The position numbers and the translations under genes are program-made. Below are positions 53,053 through 64,000 of a DNA stretch of 64,000 bases, piece after piece. How positions within the stretch are numbered: the first letter of the stretch is position 1; each line of letters begins with the position of its first letter. The notes below the pieces were generated by a model. It had not been told where the DNA came from and searched no databases. It saw only the letters and a list, made by a program, of their open reading frames with translations. This DNA comes from Daphnia carinata (lineage: Eukaryota). The stretch is taken from NCBI RefSeq assembly GCF_022539665.2, contig NC_081333.1, positions 13,020,001 to 13,084,000 of the forward strand, read 5' to 3'.

Positions 53053-54207
53053 ATGTTGTATTTAGTAGGTTTAGGCTTAGGAGATGCTAAAGATATCACA
53101 GTCAGGGGTTTGGAGATAGTTAAGGCAGCCGATCAAGTTTATTTAGAAGCTTACACGTCTATATTGACTGTTGGAAAGGAGGCATTGGTAAGTGATGGTG
53201 TGCTTCATGAGAAAAATTGTACAAATTTAACAATTTTGATTTTAATTGTACAGGAAAGTTTCTATGGTAGAGAAATTATTGTGGCTGATAGGGAATTTGT
53301 GGAACAAAAGGCTGAATCCTTTATTGAATTCGGCCAGAAATACTGATATTGCTTTCCTAGGTAACAAAACTACACAACTAAAATTTGAATTTGAGTTATT
53401 ACAGGCTTGAAAATTTTCTCAAAACAATAGTTGTAGGTGATCCATTTGGTGCAACAACTCACACTGATCTTGTATTAAGAGCCAAGGAAGTTGGTGTACC
53501 TTTCCAAGTTGTTCACAATACTTCAATTTTGAATGCTGTGGGTTGTTGTGGTCTTCAGGTAATAAAACAATATAATTTAAGCATTACTATTAATTACACT
53601 GTTAAATCCAATCCTTCAATTATAGTTGTACAGCTTTGGAGAAACTGTTTCAATTCCATTTTGGACAGATACGTGGAAACCAGACAGCTTTTTTGAAAAA
53701 ATTGAAGGAAATTTAGAAAGAGGACTACACACACTGTGTTTACTGGGTAAAACTTTTTTTCATTACTAGTTATCTCTTAGAAGCAATGTAAGTAAATCCT
53801 GCTTTCTAGATATTAAAGTGAAAGAGCAAACGGTAGAGAATATGATGAAGAATAGGCCAATATTCGAACCGCCACGATTCATGAGTAACCAACAAGCAGC
53901 CAACCAATTGATGGAGATTGTCAAATCTAAGAACCAAACAAGTATGCTAAATGCTTATTTTTTCCAAAAGTCTATACATCTAATTAAATTCGTTTGCACA
54001 GAATTAACCGGTGAAACTTTGTGTGTTGGCGTGGCGCGTGTTGGCTGGCCTGATCAAAAGTTAAGTGCCTGTACACTAGAGGAAATGTTGACCTGCGAGT
54101 TAGGTCAACCACTTCACTCTTTAGTGATTGTGGGCAAAATTCATCCACTCGAGCTGGACTTCTTACGGATGTTTAGCCCTGAAATTACCTCACACAGTGG
54201 CCAATAA
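53053..54207 (+). CDS. DPH5: Diphthine methyl ester synthase; apparent +1 frameshift near 53328 in this sequence
   Basis: Contains [59 protein letters not shown] and PPRFMS. Multi-exon. Confidence 0.9.
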
Positions 54208-54973
54208 CGGTAATAAATTGCTGTACATTATCCTTTGGTTCTAGATCGAATCATTTTCAGCATTAAGTGTATTCATCTCCAAATATCGGTTTTGATTACC
54301 GGCGAAAAGGGCGTTGTTGAGATTTTGTTCTGAAAAATTTCTATGTCCGTGAATATAGGGATGAAATATTAATTTCATTTAAGTTTAGACGTCGTCTGCT
54401 GCGTCGTAATGCCGCCCAGTTTCCTCCGATGCGGGAATCAGCTGTTCAGGATATTTTTCCAAGTAGGCCGTTGCGTTGAAAAACGCATCACTACCCATGT
54501 CCTAGGTAAAGCATTTTAAAGTTGTTATTGGCTGATGCAAAGTTGATCGGAATAGATCATGCACAGGCAATGGAACATCACGTGGGAAGTAACGGACAAG
54601 GCAAATCACTCAGGTTAGTCAACGCTGGCATTCAGTGTATTATTATTATTTGTCGTTAGCATGAAAAATAATAAAGAAATGCATAACATTTTTTAGATAA
54701 ATTTCAGGATAAACAGATGTGATGAATTAGGTAGCTGAGTTAATGTGTCTGAAAAAGACGGGAATAAACTGTTTTGGTATAGTTTTGAGACTCGAATCGA
54801 AGACTATGAAAAGGGGAAATAATATTAATACGGTAGTGGCTTCCACCAAAAAAACGAAAAAACCTGGCGACATTTGTGAAAATTTTGCAAGGCCACACGT
54901 AGGAACTTCCTAAATTAAAATTTTGTGCACTCTCTAATAGTCCATATAACATGCCGGGCGCTCAGCGCCCATT

Positions 54974-56901
54974 TCAAACCTTTCGGGCAATATCGGGGGC
55001 GTTTTGAAAAACCAATTCAAAATTAGCTGGCGGCTGACGGCAAAGAGGCGATTTTGACCAGAGTAACAATTTTTCACGATCATATTTCAAGATTTTCTTA
55101 ACCGATGGCGCACATTCTCTAGGACTATCCTGTGACGGAAAGAACACTCCATCATCCATGCTATATTGAAAATAGAGGGTACGAATCAACGTATAATGAA
55201 AATTAAAAAGTAGAACAAGGCATTATAACTTACCTGCTACAGGCGCTAAAATTGCGTTGGCGCTTATTTGCAAGACCAGCAAAATATTCGTCTAAAACCA
55301 ATTTAGCTGTCTAAAACGCGAAGTTAAAATTAGTTTGAGAAAATGCTATTGTGTCTTATTTTTCAATACCTGCACCAAATCTAGGCTTTGACCTGTGATT
55401 TTTATGCAGTGTTCTCCCACAACGACAGAATGCTGATAATCTTCGAGCGCAGTGTCCATTAATGATTGTTTAAGACTATCGCGGATAGTCGCACAGTCTT
55501 GATTATTTGAATTCGATTGCGGAGAAGCAATGGGATCCTGAGGGACAGGACTAGCATTCCGTTGAATCGTCTGCTCAATCAATTGTCTTGCTTTCCTACA
55601 TCAGGTAAACAATAAAATAAGTAAAAATGAGTTGCTGGGAAGATAGAATGGTAGGATCTTTACTCGATATTGTCCGGAGCAGCTCCCGTGATCTGCACAA
55701 GACGTTCCGAAGCGCCGGGATTCACTACATTTCAAATTCGTACAATTAAATTCAACCTTGGAGACTCAAACTAAAATGCATTCCGGAAAGGACAAATAAC
55801 AGACAAGAATTCGTGCAGTTATTGAGCTTTCGTTAACGAGTTATTGCTAAATCTGTTTGGTTTTTAATTTGGGTTTCCAAGCGCGCAGGCAAAATGGAGA
55901 ATACCTCGCTGAAATGAAATGACCGTGTCGCTTATCTCCTCGATCAAGTGCACCCGCCTTCCCTTGATACCCATCACTGGCGAAGCAAAGTAGCCGTATT
56001 GGGAGACCATTATGTCAAAGAACATTTCAAAAAATCAATCAAGTCTACCCGTTTTGTACCTTTTCCCGAATCAGCGTTCCTTATGACTACTTCATCTTTG
56101 ATTGCGTGTTTAGCCGGCGAAACGCTGCCAACGTTGTTGACCGTATATTTCCCAGAAGATTTTACCACTTCACCAGGCAAAAGAAGAGGCAAAGGGCTAA
56201 CTGGAGGTGATAATTCGTTTTGTCCTGTAGTTTGGCCGGCATTCGATGAAATCTCGGTAATGCCGGTGGCCTGCTAAAGAAAAAGAAAAGTAGGTATGTA
56301 CATAATAAAATGTATCTACAGTTGAACGTAATGCATTCACTGTCTTAATAAAACCTACCAATTCATTAAGTTTTGATTGGTAATAGTTGCTGACTTGTTC
56401 TTGGGCAGCCCAACGACTAGCTCTCAGTTCAACCACTTCCAGCAGATACAGACGAGAGATTTTGTCTAGGCTGTCATCTCTGCCAGCGTTACGCAAATGG
56501 ATGAAGACACGGTCAAGTTGATCTGAGAATATCAAAGCACATTTTCAGAAAAAGCCATTGCCTAAATCCCTATGCACAACTTTACCTTTGTAGTTCATTT
56601 CCAATTGTGCCCCAAAATGTTTGAGATTGACACACAGTGTTAGGACAGCAGAGCGCAGGTCTTTTTCAGTAGAGTTTGATTGCACTAGTTCATTGAAGTT
56701 TTCCATGAATAAAACAACATCTGCAACTATTGAAAAGCATTATTTGCTGTAATATTCAAGGTTGTTAAATTTAAACCAACTGTTTTGAAAAATTCCACTG
56801 GATCCTTGAATGTTGTCTTTGTTTTTGAGCATAACTTGTGGGTTTTTGGTTCGCACATTTCTTGGAGCCCTAGCATAAGGTGTTCCTATCACAGATGTCA
56901 T
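54974..56901 (-). CDS. mxt: Mextli homolog (eIF4E-binding protein: MIF4G-like domain, KH domain, C-terminal 4E-binding motif)
   Basis: Contains RLYLLEVVELRASRW, the KH domain KDEVVIRNADSGK|VMGIKGRRVHLIEEISDTVISFQR, and a C-terminal YDREKLL matching YXXXXL-phi. The start at 56901 is inferred. Confidence 0.82.
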
Positions 56902-57334
56902 TTTGACTAAGGCAGGTTACTCCTGTTGACAAGACAAAACATGACCAATTAGAACCAGTGCCACCAATGTGTCAGTTTTCCATCATGTTTCAATACAAAT
57001 CTGGGACCATCAATCTTTTGGAATCAACTAATGGGAAAAACACCAAACTGCGCAACTTTGAACATTATTTACCGTGACGTTTTGAGTAACTTGAAGGCAG
57101 ATTTGAGCTCGTTACAAAATACGTCGACGCCCTTCGTGAACAGCACGTCTTTCTTGCTCATCTGCTGCCCTCCTTGTGTATATGAGGTGAATTCTGTGTG
57201 TAATAATGTAGTTCGCCCGCTGGCAGGAACACAGAACTACTCAGAAAAAAATAAATATTAGGTATAACAACGCACGGGAAATACACATGACTTTTTGTTG
57301 ATAGATGTCGTGGTTCGTAATAATTTTTAAAAGT

Positions 57335-59140
57335 AAAAATTGGGCTCATTTTGTCGGGCCTAAATTTTCTATCGGATCTACTTTTATATTTCAAATAATT
57401 CAAAAACCATGAATTTTTCATAAAAACAAATTTCATATTCGTGATTCTTGTTTAATTTTGAATCAGAATCATATATAATTATCTAGATTTAGTGATATTG
57501 TTTTTTATTAGGAAAAAATTTTAAGCCCGACAAAATAAGCCCAACAAAATAAGCCCGACTTTTTGTTTTCTTTGTTGAATTCAAAAACTATAAAGCCAAT
57601 TGAATAACAAACTTCATTTTCATAATTATCATTAAATTTTGCATCGAGATCGTATATTAAAAACGAAATTTGAAAATTGGCCAAAAATGAAAAAGTGAGA
57701 AGGCTATACCCTTCTCACTTTTGTCAAAATCGGCCAAAAACGAAATCCCTTGGAATTCGATAAAAATCACATGGCATAGCCAAAATTGAACGCTGAGTTC
57801 GATTATGTAAGTGTTTTTCTTCTTAAACCAGCCGTTATTATTTTTTAATAGGAAAATCTATAGAAATATTAAGCCCGACTTTTTAAGCCCGAGGAAAATA
57901 GCCCGATGTTTTTGTTTTTTAAGTTTAATTTAAAAACTATAAAACCAGTTGGAAAACAAAATTCATTTTCATAATTAGCATTCAATTTTGCATTGAAATC
58001 ATATATGAAAAGCGAAATTTGAAATTTGGCCAAAAATGAAAAAGTAAGAAGGCTATACCCTTCTCACTTTTTCAATTTTCGTCAAATTCTAGATTTGGTT
58101 AAAAATACAATATTTTGATTCAAAATCGATCGCTGATCACGAAACTCTGGTATATTTTTATATTGGGCTAATAGATTTTGAATTAACCGTAAAAACATAA
58201 AAGTCGGGCTTATTTTGTCGGGCTTCTTTTGTCGGGCTTAAAATTTTTTCCTGTTAAAAAATAATACCATTTAATTTAGATAACTATATGTGATTTTAAT
58301 TCTAAATTAACCAAAGAAAACGAAAATGGAACTTGTTTTTACGTAGAGTTTATATATTTTGAGTAATCTAAAATATAAAATAGGTGCGAATCGAAAAGAT
58401 TACTAACGCGCCAGTACGCTACAGCGCTAGCGAAACACATCAAACTTCTTAGATTATTTAAAAACTATAAGCTCTACATAAAAACAAATTTCATATTCGT
58501 TATTCTTGTTAAATTTTGAATCTAATTCATCTATAATAATCTATTTTTATTGATATGAATTTTTTAAGTAGGCTTCTGGAATCGGGCCTTAAATTTCTAG
58601 CGTACCTACTTTTATGTTTCAAATAACTCAAAAACCATGAAGTCTACATAAAAACAAATTTTCATATTGGTGATTCTTATTAAATTTTGAATCTAATTCA
58701 TCTACAATTTTCAATATTTATTGATATTAATTTTTTAAGTAGACGTCTGGAATCGGGCCTTAAATTTCTAGTGTACCTACAGTTATATTTCAAATAACTC
58801 AAAAGCCATGAAGTCTACATAAAAACAAATTTCATATTCTTGATTCTTATTAAAATTAGAATCTAATTCATCTATAATTATCAATAGGTATTTATTGATA
58901 TTAATTTTTTTAAGTAGACGTCTGGAATCGGGCCTTGAATTTCTAGCATACCTATTTTTATATTTCAAATAACTCAAAAACCATAAACTCTACATAAAAA
59001 CAAAATTCATTTTTGTGATTCTTGTTAAATTTAGAATCTAAATCATGTATATTTATTAAAATTTATTGATTATTTAAGAAAAACAAAAAAATTGCAAATT
59101 TTGGAAGGGAATCTCCCCGTTATCATGTACTGGCGCGCTT
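57335..59140. repeat. AT-rich composite repeat: long inverted arms plus ~170-bp tandem units; probable non-autonomous transposon derivative
   Basis: Roughly 57380-57560 is the imperfect reverse complement of roughly 58200-58380. Units starting 'cataaaaacaaa' occur at 57419, 58477, 58647, 58818 and 58993. Confidence 0.7.
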
Positions 59141-59629
59141 GACCGTGATGCAGCCTGTATTTTTATTTTTCAAAAACTTAAGTAGGCTATAGTATGAAAA
59201 TACGTGGCTTAGATTCAAACTTCAACTAGAATCACGAAAATATCTTTCGATTTCTTGGGCAAGTGGAAAAGTTTGTTCGTAGTTATATCTATGCCCTATC
59301 TGAAAATTCCTAGTTATTCGAGCAGAGATGGCCTATTTTAAACGTTTCCCGAGATATCAGATAATTAAAAAATAATAATAATTTAATGACTACGAATCAA
59401 ACATTGAAAAATTTAAGCAAAAACGTTGTTTAATAAAGGATTTCTTACATCTCTTACAAAACAATAGAATAACCAAAAGCAAGAGAAAGAACCATTAGAA
59501 ATTCTACTTTCAACTGCTGCAAGCAAGTACTGTTGTAGATGATAAGGGAAATGAGTATACTTTTTTAACTTATTAAAAGTTGGGTTCTGAATACTGTGTG
59601 GCAACAATCTGACAACGCAGACAATGTTC

Positions 59630-61873
<2,244 letters not shown>

Positions 61874-62526
61874 TTTCTTACACAATTTTGAATTATGTGT
61901 ATCATCAACCCATTTTTAACACCACATGCAACATCTTAGTCTGTGTTCTAGAGCCATTGTAAACAGTTTGTCTGCATGGACCAGAAAAACAATGGCTAGT
62001 TTTTAAGGGTTCAATGATATCCAAATTAGTGAGTGTTGGAAGACACGGAATTGAGCTGAGATTACGTGGAGTTCAAAATGTTCTTATAAGAGTTCACGAA
62101 ATTCGACACATATAAGAGACATCGCACACAATTTCACAATGTTTATTGTTCGACTACGAAAATTGAATGCACACATGCACGCTTCTGAGAACAAGAGAAA
62201 CCTATACATTAAGTTTTCCGATGGAAATTCAGACGCGTTGAACTCTAACGAAAAACAGTTATTCGGCCTAATTGATGACGAGTTTTGCGTTGGACGAAGC
62301 AAAAAAAAAATAATAAAATGAAATCGGACATGACAGATCGTGACGTTGCCACATTGTTCACAAATTATCGACAGTGCGACGCCTTTTTTCTTCTGCGTGA
62401 TTATCGTGAATGGCAGTGAAGGACTGAACTCACTGGAGGATATTCGAGAAAATAATATAATGTGTTCTTAAATATATAAAATAACAATACACGTTATTTA
62501 CAACCTTGTGCTATTCTAGCTGAAAG

Positions 62527-64000
62527 ATGCTATCTTCTTTGCTCAGGATTCTCTTTTTCCATGGTAAATATCTACCAATTATTTATTTTTTTCAAAAAAC
62601 AAAACCTGGTTTGGAAAATCTCAGCATTCATCTGTAGACCTCACAATATAGATATCTTTTAATCTGTACCATATAATGTATTGCTGAAAAGAAACTGTAT
62701 GTTCCATATTTATCAGTATTGTCTGTTAACAGCTAACTGTTCTGTCAGTCAAAAGTTACACTTGTTCTCACTCTCTTCTGTAATTACAGCCTTTCCCGTC
62801 TTGCTAAGCAGTTCCTTAGTTAGCTGCACTGCGCCCAAAACTCAGCACTCTTGCGACAAAATTAATCTTATTGAGAGCTCAGCTGGACACATTTTTAGTC
62901 CCTCTAGAGATTACGGCAATGGGAATGTTTCCTATCCATCTAGAGTGAACTGTGCATGGTACATCAAGATTCAGCCTGGTTCTGTCATCACTTTAAGGTG
63001 AAAAAGCTAAATATTTATATTATTTTCAATAACAATTGAATATCTTGTTTTTCAATAGTTTCTCTACATTTGACTTGGAGGAAGGGAGGCACCTCTGCAG
63101 TACCAAACCTTGTTGTGGTGATACGTGGCTCTCAATACTGAGCATTCCTTCTCACTCAGCACAGCCTTTGTTTAACTTTCCTGTTCAAGATACAGTCAAC
63201 TTTTTGTATTGTGGCTCTTTGTCACTCCCTCCATTGATCTTTTCTGGTTCTGGACTGATTTTGACGTTTAAAACGGGCGATATAATTACAGGAGGGAAAG
63301 GCTTCGTCCTCGACTTTACTATTGGTATATTACTTCATAAATATTTCGTATTTCAATTCACTGAGTGAAAAATTTCCATTCAGATAAACCCATGAGAAAT
63401 TATTGTGAGGACGATCACTTCCACTGCAGCAATGGCAAATGTATTCTTAAAACTTGGTTGTGCAATGGCTGGGACGAATGTGGAGATTCTTCCGACGAGC
63501 AAAATTGTACAGTGGCATGCAAAACAGGTTATTCTCATTGCAGTTCAAACAGTTCCCTTTGCTACGACTTTATCCACGGTCGATGTAATGGAATACTCGA
63601 TTGCCCTGGTGGAGAGGACGAACAAGCTTGTGGTCAGTTCTAGTCTTAAGTATTTCTATTTCCACTGACTGTTGATCGTTTTCTTTTGACACAATAGCCT
63701 TAACTTGTGGGAATCAACTTCCCTGTCGGACTCGAGGAGGCTGCTATAGATCGGCTCAGCGCTGTGACGGGATGAACGATTGCCCAGACGGATCAGACGA
63801 AGAAGCATGCGACGCGGCGCTTTGTGGACCACATCGCGACGGCTTTCTCTGCCGTAATCGACATTGTGTTTCAGCCTCAGCTCGTTGCGATGGAGTCCAA
63901 GATTGTGGCGATTTCAGCGATGAAGAGACTTGCATGAAGGTAGAAGTACTACATAAATTTTGCGAAGAAAAACAATTTAATGTTACGTTTCAGATGTCTG
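62527..64000 (+). CDS. LDL receptor-related protein of the LRP12/LRP3/LRP10 type (signal peptide, CUB domain, LDLa repeats); truncated by the window end
   Basis: CUB domain (YPSRVNCAWYI, FDLE, GKGFVLDF) followed by several LDLa repeats (CSNGKCI..WLCNGWDECGDSSDEQNC, CDGMNDCPDGSDEEAC). The start is inferred. Confidence 0.72.

Noticed and set aside
54715..54755. Possible C/D box snoRNA (gtgatga ... ctga)
   Set aside because: Only about 35 nt lie between the boxes and there is no convincing terminal stem.
57271..59350. cgggaaa / tttcccg as terminal inverted repeats of the AT-rich element
   Set aside because: The match is only 7 bp with no target-site duplication, which is not enough to define ends.

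Overview
This is eukaryotic genomic DNA with compact genes and many ~55-115 bp GT-AG introns. The gene content and intron style suggest a small-genome arthropod, most likely a Daphnia-like crustacean (inference). Bases 1-30.5 kb form a rearranged tandem array of a two-gene unit. The unit pairs an ecdysteroid-kinase-like (EcKL/DUF227) gene (4 intact copies, 2 fragments) with a gene fusing an IRE1-like Ser/Thr kinase to one long exon of exact 111-bp (37-aa) ankyrin repeats (12 repeats, 34 repeats, and a kinase-deleted remnant). The repeats have a near-invariant framework and vary at a few surface positions. They also show higher-order duplications, and the divergent coding blocks sit between near-identical flanks. 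This resembles a recombination-diversified receptor system and is the most interesting feature of the window. The array also carries a 1147-bp TIR element with a TA target-site duplication. From 30.6 to 36.4 kb there are four tandem AA15-type LPMO genes. From 37 to 64 kb is a block of conserved genes: C7orf25-like, UBR7, HECTD1, DPH5 (with an apparent +1 frameshift), Mextli, CCDC102-like and an LRP12/LRP3-like gene cut by the window end. An AT-rich foldback/~170-bp repeat element lies at 57.3-59.1 kb. Exon coordinates were read by eye, and no alignments or database searches were run.
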